From Eggerthellaceae bacterium (GTDB taxonomy: Bacteria > Actinomycetota > Coriobacteriia > Coriobacteriales > Eggerthellaceae), in assembly GCA_017559045.1 (NCBI GenBank), contig JAFYTB010000078.1, positions 1-36,616 on the forward strand: DNA of 36,616 nt, in the 5' to 3' direction. Made by a program: the position numbers and the translations under genes. The notes under the pieces were generated by a model. That model made no database searches. It was not told the DNA's origin and worked only from the letters and a program-made list of their open reading frames with translations. Shown here one piece after another: positions 17,809 to 26,268 of this stretch. Position 1 is the stretch's first letter; every line of letters starts with the position of its first letter.

Positions 17809-19686
17809 ATGGCTTTCATTAGCGATGAAGATATTCAGAAGGTTCGCGATGCGAGCGATATCGTATCCATCATTGGCGAACGTTCTCCGGTAAAGCAGCG
17901 CGGTCGTGATTTTTGGTGCTGTTGCCCCATCCATAATGAGAAGACTCCTTCTCTCAAGATTGATCCCGCTGCTCAGCTATGGCATTGCTTTGGCTGCGGC
18001 GCTGGTGGCGATGTCTTCGGATACATCATGAAAACCGAGGATATGACGTTTCCGGAGGCGGTGCGTAAGCTGGCCGAACGTGCCCATATTGATATTGTTG
18101 ACGTTGATGGTCAGAAGGGCTCGAGTTCCAGTAAAAAAGCTCGACTTAAAGAAGTCTGCAAGGAAGTTGCCGATTTCTATCATCTTCAGCTGATGCGCAA
18201 TCCTTCGCAGGAAGCCGGAGCTGCGCGTTCGTATCTTGGCTCTCGAGGTCTCGGAGGATCTGTTCCTAAAACTTGGAAGCTTGGCTTTGCGCCCGGTCGA
18301 GGTTCTTTGGTCCGTTATCTTTCTTCGAAGGGCTTCAAGGCTGACGAGATGATTGAAGCTAATGTTGCCACGAAGGGGCAAGATGGTAAGCTTCGCGATC
18401 GTTTCTACAATCGCATCATGTTCCCGATCTTCGACGTTGCTGGCGAGTGTATTGCTTTCGGTGGCCGCGTTGTTGGTAAGGGCGAGCCCAAGTATCTGAA
18501 CTCCCAGGAAACGCCTGTTTTCCATAAGTCGGAGGTTCTTTACGGCCTTGATAAGGCTAAGTCTGTTATGGCTTCCACCGGTGTTGCAATTGTTGTTGAG
18601 GGCTACACGGATGTCATCATGCTTCACGAGCGTGGTGTTGGCAACGCGGTCGCTACGCTCGGCACGGCGCTTACCATGAAGCATATCAGGACGCTTGGAA
18701 GGCATGCTCAAAAAAAGATTGTCTACCTGTTCGACGGCGATGCCGCTGGTCAGAGAGCTGCGGACCGCGCCCTTGCCTTCATCGACGACTCCATGACTCC
18801 CGAGGCTGGTAAATCTAAGGTTGAGTTGTGCGCTGTAACCCTGCCCGATAATCTTGATCCGGCTGATTTCGTCGTGCAGCGTGGTCCGGAGGCCCTTAAG
18901 GCATTGATCGCGGATGCTCAACCTCTGCTTCAGTACGGTATCGACCGACGTATTTCTGCGCATGACCTAAGCCGTCCCGAAGGGCGCATCCGCGCTCTTT
19001 CTGAGGCGCTTGCTGTTCTTGCGCCCATCAAAGATTCTTTGCTTGCGAAGGATTACGCCGTTCATATTGCCGGTCGCGTTCGCGCTCGCGAAGAAGATGT
19101 TCTTGCGCAGTTGGCCCAGCTTCAAGTGCCTCAGTCTAGCTGGGATTCTGCGAGTAGAACCGCGGACCCCGTAGGGGATACTGCTCAGCCTCAAGTCAGT
19201 CGTGTTCAGGAGCTTTCCCAGTCCGAGAAGAATCGCCATCGTTTCGAGCGCGAATTCCTCGGTTTGCTTGCTCAGAATCCCCTGATCGCGCTTATACATG
19301 CCGACTCTCTTGCGCAGATTCAATGGCATGATGAGTTGCATTCTCTCATCGCGCAAAGCTTGCTCGATACTCTTATCGAGGATCCTGCGGCTTCTTCAGG
19401 AGCGCTTGTTACTAACGCTACACGCCTTTCGCCTCTTGCTGCAGATGTTTTGACTTCCGCTAGTGTTGGTGAAGGCTACTCTCCCGATATTGTGGCTGAG
19501 TATCTTGCCGAAGAGCTGTCTTTGGGGGATGTAGAGGAAGCCCTGGAGATGTTAAAGGCCCAGTTGTCTGATCCGCGGGGCATTCCTCTTGAAGAGCAAG
19601 AGCTGCTGTTTGAAAGTGTCGTCGGAATGCAGATGGACCTGACTCACCGTCGTCTTGCGCATAAACCCTTAGCTCCTCCTGGATAA
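17809..19686 (+). CDS. dnaG: DNA primase
   Basis: CHC2 zinc finger (CCCPIHNEKTPS...HCFGCGAGGD) and TOPRIM segment (VVEGYTDVI, LFDGDAAGQRAA). ATG at 17809 after ggagaagagg. A GTG at 17800 is the alternative start. Confidence 0.92.
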   Translation: MAFISDEDIQKVRDASDIVSIIGERSPVKQRGRDFWCCCPIHNEKTPSLKIDPAAQLWHCFGCGAGGDVFGYIMKTEDMTFPEAVRKLAERAHIDIVDVDGQKGSSSSKKARLKEVCKEVADFYHLQLMRNPSQEAGAARSYLGSRGLGGSVPKTWKLGFAPGRGSLVRYLSSKGFKADEMIEANVATKGQDGKLRDRFYNRIMFPIFDVAGECIAFGGRVVGKGEPKYLNSQETPVFHKSEVLYGLDKAKSVMASTGVAIVVEGYTDVIMLHERGVGNAVATLGTALTMKHIRTLGRHAQKKIVYLFDGDAAGQRAADRALAFIDDSMTPEAGKSKVELCAVTLPDNLDPADFVVQRGPEALKALIADAQPLLQYGIDRRISAHDLSRPEGRIRALSEALAVLAPIKDSLLAKDYAVHIAGRVRAREEDVLAQLAQLQVPQSSWDSASRTADPVGDTAQPQVSRVQELSQSEKNRHRFEREFLGLLAQNPLIALIHADSLAQIQWHDELHSLIAQSLLDTLIEDPAASSGALVTNATRLSPLAADVLTSASVGEGYSPDIVAEYLAEELSLGDVEEALEMLKAQLSDPRGIPLEEQELLFESVVGMQMDLTHRRLAHKPLAPPG

Positions 19687-19772
19687 TTCGGTGATTCTTC
19701 CTGAGGAAGCGGGAGTAGCTGTAAGTATTTGTTATATACGAATTAGTTCGTTCAAGAATAGATAGGATTGAA

Positions 19773-20309
19773 ATGCTGAAAATCGTAACCGCACCCAACC
19801 CTGTGCTGGCAACTGTTTGCGAGCCCTGCACGCCCGGCGACGAAAGCCTTCGCAGCTTGGCTGAGCAGATGGCTGAAGCCATGTACGCTAACAACGGATG
19901 CGGTATCGCCGCTCCTCAGGTTGGCGTTCTGAAGAGACTGGTCGTCATCGATACCGACTGGGATGACGAGTATCGTGATCCGATTTACATGGTCAATCCT
20001 GAGATTGTGGAACTTCGCGGTGAGCCCGAAAGCACCGGCGAAGGCTGCCTTTCTTGCCCTGGCGTTACCGTGCCGATTTCCCGTCAGCCTTGGGCTAAGG
20101 CTCGCTACTATGATCTCGACGGCAAGCTTTGGCAGATTGAGGGCGATGGCCTTCTCGGTCGTTGCATTCAGCACGAGATCGATCACCTCAATGGCAAGAC
20201 CCTGTTCGAGAGCTGTGATCCCGTAGCTCGCATTGCTGCTCTTCGCGCTTATGACGAGGCTAAAAAGGCTGGCGCACGTCCTGGCGACGTGGACATTGAG
20301 GTGCGCTAG
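19773..20309 (+). CDS. def: Peptide deformylase
   Basis: 178 aa with the three deformylase motifs GCGIAAPQVG, EGCLS and HEIDHLNG. Confidence 0.93.
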   Translation: MLKIVTAPNPVLATVCEPCTPGDESLRSLAEQMAEAMYANNGCGIAAPQVGVLKRLVVIDTDWDDEYRDPIYMVNPEIVELRGEPESTGEGCLSCPGVTVPISRQPWAKARYYDLDGKLWQIEGDGLLGRCIQHEIDHLNGKTLFESCDPVARIAALRAYDEAKKAGARPGDVDIEVR

Positions 20310-20311
20310 GC

Positions 20312-21268
20312 ATGCGTGTTGTATTTATGGGCACACCGAGTTTCTCGGCGTCCATCTTGGAAGACCTCATCGAGCATCATGAGGTAGTCGCGGTATACAC
20401 GCGACCCGATGCTGTTCGTGGTAGAGGCGGTTCGCTTGTTGCCTCTCCCGTCAAGCAGCTTGCGATGAGCGTTGGCATTCCCGTCCATACTCCTAAAACG
20501 CTTCGTTCGGATGAGGAATTCGCTGTACTTTCCGAATACAAGCCGGATGTTATTTGTGTTGCGGCTTACGGCATGCTTCTTCCAAAGCCTGTGCTTGATT
20601 TGCCGCAGTTCGGATGCCTGAATGTCCATGCGTCTCTCTTGCCTCGCTGGCGAGGTGCCGCTCCTATTGAGCGTGCGATTCTTTCTGGCGATGAGCAGGC
20701 TGGCGTCTGCATTATGCGCATGGAAGAGGGCATGGATACTGGTGACTATTGCATTTGCCGTGCAACTGATGTTGCCGATAAGTCTTCCGCCTATTTGACC
20801 GATGAGCTTTCTCTTCTCGGTTCCCGTGCATTGTTGACCGCGCTTGAGTTGGCAGCGGAGGATGCGTTGTCTTGGGTTCCGCAGGATGAAGCGTTCGTAA
20901 CGCTCGCTCCGAAGATTGCTAAGGGTGAACTTAATCTTGACCCCGATAAGTCTTCTGTGCAGAACGCTCGTTGCGTGCAGGCGTCCGGGGAAGCTCATCC
21001 TTCCCGCTGCTGCATCGGAGGAAAGACTGTTACGGTTCTTTTGGCCCGCCCGGCTTCTAATGAAGACCTTGATATTGAGGAAGTGCGTATTCTCCCGAAG
21101 GGTGAGGCTCGTATGATCCGCAAGAGGCTCTTCCTTGGTTGTGCGGAAGGCTGTTTGGAAATACTAGAAGTTAAGCCTGATGGTAAGAAGGCTATGGATG
21201 CAAAGGCTTTTGCTGCGGGTCTTCAGCAGTTGAAGTCGGGTCTTGAATGGAGTGGATCTAATGTCTGA
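20312..21268 (+). CDS. fmt: Methionyl-tRNA formyltransferase
   Basis: 318 aa with MRVVFMGTP and NVHASLLPRWRGAAPIERAI. Canonical def-fmt pairing with a 2-nt gap. Confidence 0.93.
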   Translation: MRVVFMGTPSFSASILEDLIEHHEVVAVYTRPDAVRGRGGSLVASPVKQLAMSVGIPVHTPKTLRSDEEFAVLSEYKPDVICVAAYGMLLPKPVLDLPQFGCLNVHASLLPRWRGAAPIERAILSGDEQAGVCIMRMEEGMDTGDYCICRATDVADKSSAYLTDELSLLGSRALLTALELAAEDALSWVPQDEAFVTLAPKIAKGELNLDPDKSSVQNARCVQASGEAHPSRCCIGGKTVTVLLARPASNEDLDIEEVRILPKGEARMIRKRLFLGCAEGCLEILEVKPDGKKAMDAKAFAAGLQQLKSGLEWSGSNV

Positions 21269-23543
21269 CAACAACGAATTCCGAGATAACTCCAATAGGG
21301 GAGGAAGACCCTCGGGCAATAAGCCTTCGGGTGGATCGGGTCGCGGTGGCTATCAGAAGGATCGTTCTTACGGTGACCGTAAGAACGGTGGTCGTTCTGG
21401 TGGCTTTGATAAGAAGCCTTATCGTAAGGATGGCGATCGTAAGTTCAATCGCGAAGACTCTGAAAAGAAGTTCGACCGCGGAGATCGTCCTCGCCGTTTT
21501 GACGACGACAAGAAGTTCGATAAGGGCGACCGTCCCCGTCGATTTGATGACGATAAGAAGTTCGACCGCGGAGACCGCCCGCGCCGCTTTGACAATGAGA
21601 AGAAGTTCGACCGCGAGGATCGTCCCCGTCGTTTCGATGACGAGAAGAAATCCGATCGTCCTTATGGTGATCGCAAAGGCGGCGGTCGTTCCTTCGATCG
21701 CAATAATGGCGATCGCAAGCCCTTCCGTAAGGACGGCGAGCGTAAGCCCTATCGCGAGGATGGGGATCGCAAGCCTTATCGCGATGGCGAGAAGCGCGAT
21801 TTCGCAGACAATCGTCGCGATGGCGGTGAAGGTGGCCGCAAGTTCGAGCGTCGAGATAACGAGAGAAGTTTCGAGCGCCGCGACTTCGGCGGTAAGTCTG
21901 AAGGCCGTGGCGGCGTAGGCCGTGATCGTAAATTCGATCATTATGATGGTGAGCGCAGGCCTCCTCGTCGCGAGGATTCGAAGGGCTTCGATCGTAAGGA
22001 CGGAGATCGCGGCTTCGATCGTAACCGCAACGAGCGTAAGTTTGAGGATGGAGAGAAGCGTTTCGAGCGCAGGGAGTCTTCTGCTCCTCGCGATGGCGAG
22101 CGTAGGGGAGGCGATCCTAAGTTCGCTTCCACTCCCAAGGATCAGGCTCGCAAGGGTTACCAGGGTCGCAAGGGCCGCGCCGATGGTCATTGCGCCTCTC
22201 CGGCTCGTCAGGCTGCTCTTACGGTCGTTTCCCAGCTTCGTCGTCGTGATGCCTTTGCCCAGGATCTTATCTCCAAATATATCGACAGATCGACTATGTC
22301 TCCCGAGGATCGCGCCTTTGCAACGAGGCTTGTTCTCGGCGTTGTCACTACTCGTGGCACCCTTGATGACATCCTCAATCGTTGCATGAACTCTCCCGAG
22401 GACGTCTCTCCCGAGGTTCGCGACGCCCTTCATATCAGCGCATACGAGATCATGTTCCTCGATAAGGAGGCGCATGCTGCCGTTGATCAGGGCGTAGAGC
22501 TTGTTCGCAGCGTTGCTCCTAAGGCCTCTGGAGTTGGCAATGCTGTTTTGAGGAAGCTTGTCACCATCAAGGACCAGTTCCCCTTCGGCGATCCGCAGCG
22601 TGAGCTTTCTGCATACGCACGCCAGCATGCTTTCCCCGAGTGGCTTGCAAAGGAGCTCGTTGAGACTTTCGGTCCTGACGGCGCTCATGCCTTCATGGAG
22701 GCTTGCAATGACCCCGCTCCGGTTTTTGTTGGCATTAACGCTGCGAAGGAAGGCGAGGAAGAGGTTTACCAGACCCTTGTCTCTGCAAAGGGCGAGCCGG
22801 AGTCTGCTACCGTTGACGGTCGTGTCATTCCTGGTTGCTTCAAGATCAATTCTGGTCAGCTCTTGACCGATGGTCGTATCAAGCGTCTTATCAATAATGG
22901 CAATATGCTTGTTTCCGACCTTGCATCTCAGGCTGTTGCAGATCTCGTTCTGCCCGAGCAGAAGCCTGCAAGCATGCTTGAGATTGGCGCAGGACGTGCT
23001 ACCAAGACCGTTCTCGTTCAGAGCAACAGCGTTCGTCGTTGGGGTAGCCAAATCGAGGAATACATCACCCTCGACAACCATGAGTTTAAGACCAAGCTGC
23101 TTCAGGAGCGCGCTGAGCAGTACGGCATTAACGTAACCGAGGCTGTGACGGGCGACGCAACCGATCTTGATGCAAGTCTTGAGGGTCGCATGTTCGATGT
23201 TATTTTCATCGATGCTCCTTGCACTGGCCTTGGTACTCTGCGTCGCCATCCCGAGATTCGTTGGCGCCTGAAGCCCGAGACCATTGATGAGTACTCTGAG
23301 CTCGGCCTCGCTATGCTTAAGCAGGCTGCTTCTCACGTGAATCCTGGTGGTACGCTGGTTTACGCAACCTGCACGGTTACGCGTAAGGAAAACTCCGGTG
23401 TTATCAAGGCGTTCCTTGAGAGCACCGAGGGTGCAGATTTCCGCCTCGTTCCTGTTGAGGGTAAGGCAGCGTTTGTTAGCGAGCTTACGCCTGGTGGTAG
23501 CGACGCTCATTTTGCTGCAAAGATGGTCAAGGTAGCCGAATAA
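21261..23543 (+). CDS. rsmB: 16S rRNA (cytosine-C5)-methyltransferase RsmB/Sun with a long N-terminal low-complexity extension
   Basis: The C-terminal 440 aa or so carry a NusB-like domain (ARQAALTVVSQLRRRDAFAQDLI) and a SAM-dependent m5C methyltransferase core (DAPCTGLGTLRRHPEIRW, YATCT). The first 310 aa or so are Arg/Asp/Lys/Gly/Phe-rich repeats. The ATG at 21261 overlaps the fmt stop. Confidence 0.85.
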   Translation: MSDNNEFRDNSNRGGRPSGNKPSGGSGRGGYQKDRSYGDRKNGGRSGGFDKKPYRKDGDRKFNREDSEKKFDRGDRPRRFDDDKKFDKGDRPRRFDDDKKFDRGDRPRRFDNEKKFDREDRPRRFDDEKKSDRPYGDRKGGGRSFDRNNGDRKPFRKDGERKPYREDGDRKPYRDGEKRDFADNRRDGGEGGRKFERRDNERSFERRDFGGKSEGRGGVGRDRKFDHYDGERRPPRREDSKGFDRKDGDRGFDRNRNERKFEDGEKRFERRESSAPRDGERRGGDPKFASTPKDQARKGYQGRKGRADGHCASPARQAALTVVSQLRRRDAFAQDLISKYIDRSTMSPEDRAFATRLVLGVVTTRGTLDDILNRCMNSPEDVSPEVRDALHISAYEIMFLDKEAHAAVDQGVELVRSVAPKASGVGNAVLRKLVTIKDQFPFGDPQRELSAYARQHAFPEWLAKELVETFGPDGAHAFMEACNDPAPVFVGINAAKEGEEEVYQTLVSAKGEPESATVDGRVIPGCFKINSGQLLTDGRIKRLINNGNMLVSDLASQAVADLVLPEQKPASMLEIGAGRATKTVLVQSNSVRRWGSQIEEYITLDNHEFKTKLLQERAEQYGINVTEAVTGDATDLDASLEGRMFDVIFIDAPCTGLGTLRRHPEIRWRLKPETIDEYSELGLAMLKQAASHVNPGGTLVYATCTVTRKENSGVIKAFLESTEGADFRLVPVEGKAAFVSELTPGGSDAHFAAKMVKVAE
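21465..21644 (+). repeat. In-frame tandem repeat, 4 x 45 nt, encoding KKFD(R/K)(G/E)DRPRRFD(D/N)(D/E)
   Basis: Copies start at 21465, 21510, 21555 and 21600, each beginning aagaagttcga. A degenerate fifth copy begins at 21645. Looser related repeats continue to about 22100. Confidence 0.85.
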
Positions 23544-23576
23544 GGCTTATCGGGCCTCAAGTCTACTAAATGTTTC

Positions 23577-23613
23577 AGTGAGGGTGCGTATATTCGCACC
23601 CTCACTTTGTTTG
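23577..23613 (+). terminator. Rho-independent terminator after rsmB
   Basis: Perfect 12-bp stem agtgagggtgcg (23577-23588) / cgcaccctcact (23595-23606), then ttgtttg. Confidence 0.8.
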
Positions 23614-23784
23614 TAGCCAGGTGCTAAACCACTCGGGAGTTTCTCGATTTCGATGCCGTATATGAATCTATAGATGAGGGTATTTAAAGTATTATTACGT
23701 GATTAACAAAATTGCTTGCCTTGATGCATCCGCATGAGCAAAGCTTTCGAATTTTAGCTATGTACGAAATCGGAGGTAGTACCA

Positions 23785-24369
23785 ATGGAGCCTAATATCA
23801 AAGAGGTTGCCGGTCGAATCCTTGCGTTGCGCGAAGACCTCGAGCTCACTATGCAGGAGATGGCCGATGCAACTGGCCTGACCGTTGCCGAGTATGCTGC
23901 GCAAGAGTCTGGCGAAAACGATCTGTCTTTTACCTTCCTGTACAGGTGCGCTAATCGTTTTGGCGTTGACGTCATCGAGCTCCTTACTGGCGAGAACCCG
24001 CATCTCACGGGATATTCTCTTACTCGTGCAGCTGATGGTCTCTCCATCAAGCGTCGCGCCGGTTTTGAGTATCTTCATAAGGCACCGCACTTCCGCCATA
24101 AGCTTGCTGAGCCTTTCCTCGTTACCGCGCCTTATCTTGAGGATGAACAGGATAAGCCCATTCACCTGTCGTCTCATAAGGGCCAGGAACTTGACTTTGT
24201 CATTTCTGGCAAGCTCCGTTTTTCCTACGAGAACCATGTTGAGGAGCTCGAGGCTGGCGACCTTGTCATGTATGACTCTGGTCGTGGCCACGGCATGATC
24301 GCTATCGGCGGCGAGCCTTGTAAGTTCCTCGCTATCGTTCTTCGCGACCCGGAAGAGAAGATTATCTAG
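23785..24369 (+). CDS. XRE-family HTH regulator with C-terminal cupin domain (copy 1)
   Basis: 194 aa. N-terminal HTH (RILALREDLELTMQEMADATGLTVAEYAAQESG), then a C-terminal cupin-like beta-barrel segment (HKGQELDFVISGKLRF..LEAGDLVMYDSGRGHGM). cggagg precedes the ATG. Confidence 0.8.
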   Translation: MEPNIKEVAGRILALREDLELTMQEMADATGLTVAEYAAQESGENDLSFTFLYRCANRFGVDVIELLTGENPHLTGYSLTRAADGLSIKRRAGFEYLHKAPHFRHKLAEPFLVTAPYLEDEQDKPIHLSSHKGQELDFVISGKLRFSYENHVEELEAGDLVMYDSGRGHGMIAIGGEPCKFLAIVLRDPEEKII

Positions 24370-24483
24370 GCGTTGTCGCTTGAGCCTGCGATTTTTTCGC
24401 ATGGAGCGGCTGCGCCTAAAACGATTTTCTGCCGTTATTCTGCGGTGCTCTGTTGTGCCGCCTTCTGTTCTGGGAAAGAGATT

Positions 24484-26247
24484 ATGAGAAACATCAATTT
24501 GCGCTTCGTTGAGGAGGCTTACAACGACAAGGGCCTCCTTACTGATTTCCGTGTAGTTGCACCCGAAACTTTTAACTTTGGCTACGACGTCGTTGACGAC
24601 ATCGCCGTCAATGATCCCGATCGCATGGCCATGGTTTGGTGCAATCCCGAAGGGGAGGAGCATCGCTTCACCTTTGCTGATATGAAGAAGTGGTCTGACA
24701 AGACTGCAAACTTCCTTTCCGCACAGGGAATCGGCAAGGGCGATTACGTTATGGTTATCCTCCGTCGCCATTATCAGTTCTGGTTTGTTGCTACCGCACT
24801 GGCGAAGCTCGGTGCTGTTATGGTCCCCGCAACCTTCATGCTGAAGGAGCATGACCTTGAGTACCGCCTCAATGGCGCTTCTATCAAATCTGTCATCTGC
24901 ACTTCTGCAGGCGATATTGCCGATGTTGTTGATAAGACCGTGGCGCATTGTCCGAGTGTTGAAAGCCTTATCCTCGTTAACTCTCCGGGTGCTGGCTTGA
25001 CTCAGCCTGATGAGGACGGCTCCTACCGATTTGAAGATGGTCAGCTTATTGGCCCTGCGCTGTCTGGCGAAGCTGGCATTTGCCTGCCCACCATCGAGCG
25101 AGAGGGATGGCTTGACTTCAACGCCTGCGTTCGTGAGGCATCTGAGCAATTTGAACGCAGGGAAACCAACATTGCCGATCCTATGCTCATGTATTTCAGC
25201 TCGGGTACGTCCGGCAATCCGAAGATGGTTCTTCATGATTCTCGTTATGCCGTCGCACATCTTATGACTGCCAAGCATTGGCACAATGTCCTTCCTGACG
25301 GCATTCACTTTACGATCGCTGACACTGGCTGGGGTAAGGCTGTTTGGGGTAAGTACTATGGCCAGTGGCTCATGGAGGCATGCGTTTTCACGTATGACTT
25401 CGACCGCTATCAGCCGACCGAGATCCTTTCCATGATCGGAAAGTATGGCATTACGACACTCTGCTGCCCGCCGACCATGTATCGACTCATGATGCAGGCC
25501 GATGTTGACTCTTTCGATCTCAGCTCTCTTGTTTATTGCACGACGGCTGGTGAGGCGCTTAACCCTGATCTCTTTGATTTCTGGAAAGAGCACACCGGTC
25601 TTACCATCTTTGAGGGCTTTGGACAGACCGAGACGCCGCTCACCATCGCAAATCTCACCAATTCCACCCCTAGACCTGGTTCGATGGGTAAGCCTGTTCC
25701 GATGTATGACGTTCAGGTGCTGCGTGAAGATGGCACGCGCTGCAACACCGGCGAGACCGGCGAGATTTGCATTGCCTGTGATCCCCATCCCGCTGGCATC
25801 ATGATGGAGTACTTCCGCAATCCTGAGAAAACTCAGGAGGCAATGCATGATGGTTGGTATCACACCGGCGACACCGCATGGCGTGATGAGGATGGCTATC
25901 TCTGGTATGTTGGCCGCAATGACGATGTCATCAAGTCGAGTGGCTACCGTATCGGCCCCTTTGAGATCGAGAGCGTTATGCTTGAGCATGATGCCGTTCG
26001 AGAGGTCGCTGTCACCGGCGTGCCCGATCCTGTTCGTGGAAAGGCCGTTAAGGCAACCGTAGTACTTGCTGATGGCTTTAAGCCCTCCGAGGAGCTGACG
26101 CGAGAGCTTCAGCGTTGGGTTAAGAACCAGACTGCTCCCTATAAGTATCCGCGCGTTGTCGAGTATGTTGACGCTTTGCCTCGTACGGTTAACGGAAAGA
26201 TCCGTCGTGTTGCGATTCGTCAGGCTGACGAAGCCGCCAATGCGTAA
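24484..26247 (+). CDS. AMP-forming acyl-CoA synthetase, medium-chain (ACSM/MACS-like) type, paralog 1
   Basis: 587 aa from the ATG at 24484 (gggaaagag SD). N-terminal FNFGYDVVDD, then YFSSGTSGNPK, TAGEALN, EGFGQTE, YHTGDTA, GRNDDVIKSSGYRIGPFEIES and PRTVNGKIRR. The upstream in-frame extension to 24373 is rejected. Confidence 0.86.
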   Translation: MRNINLRFVEEAYNDKGLLTDFRVVAPETFNFGYDVVDDIAVNDPDRMAMVWCNPEGEEHRFTFADMKKWSDKTANFLSAQGIGKGDYVMVILRRHYQFWFVATALAKLGAVMVPATFMLKEHDLEYRLNGASIKSVICTSAGDIADVVDKTVAHCPSVESLILVNSPGAGLTQPDEDGSYRFEDGQLIGPALSGEAGICLPTIEREGWLDFNACVREASEQFERRETNIADPMLMYFSSGTSGNPKMVLHDSRYAVAHLMTAKHWHNVLPDGIHFTIADTGWGKAVWGKYYGQWLMEACVFTYDFDRYQPTEILSMIGKYGITTLCCPPTMYRLMMQADVDSFDLSSLVYCTTAGEALNPDLFDFWKEHTGLTIFEGFGQTETPLTIANLTNSTPRPGSMGKPVPMYDVQVLREDGTRCNTGETGEICIACDPHPAGIMMEYFRNPEKTQEAMHDGWYHTGDTAWRDEDGYLWYVGRNDDVIKSSGYRIGPFEIESVMLEHDAVREVAVTGVPDPVRGKAVKATVVLADGFKPSEELTRELQRWVKNQTAPYKYPRVVEYVDALPRTVNGKIRRVAIRQADEAANA

Positions 26248-26268
26248 TTAAGCGAAGTGCGAACTTAG

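Noticed and set aside
21331-22389. Alternative-frame ORFs (21331-21918 and 21922-22389), or a CRISPR-like reading of the periodic DNA in the rsmB 5' region.
   Set aside because: The 45-nt periodicity is contiguous with no spacers, is in frame with rsmB, and conserves a peptide repeat despite synonymous changes. The other frames give Val/Ser/Ala/Arg low-complexity strings.
23614-23784. Short inverted repeats (atgc atcc gcat at about 23725-23736 and tttcg-N15-cgaaa at about 23745-23769) as operators for the XRE-cupin regulator.
   Set aside because: The arms are only 4-5 bp, which is within chance expectation for an AT-rich 170-bp spacer. The region is mentioned only as the obvious EMSA target.
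24373-24483. Upstream in-frame extensions of several track ORFs: 24373, 27190, 28307, 29644, 33662, 34710, 13254, 13723 and 21243.
   Set aside because: In each case an internal ATG or GTG with a proper Shine-Dalgarno lies right after the preceding gene's stop, and the conserved N-terminus of the protein family begins there. The extensions overlap the upstream gene or encode non-conserved, often Cys/Arg-rich, peptide.
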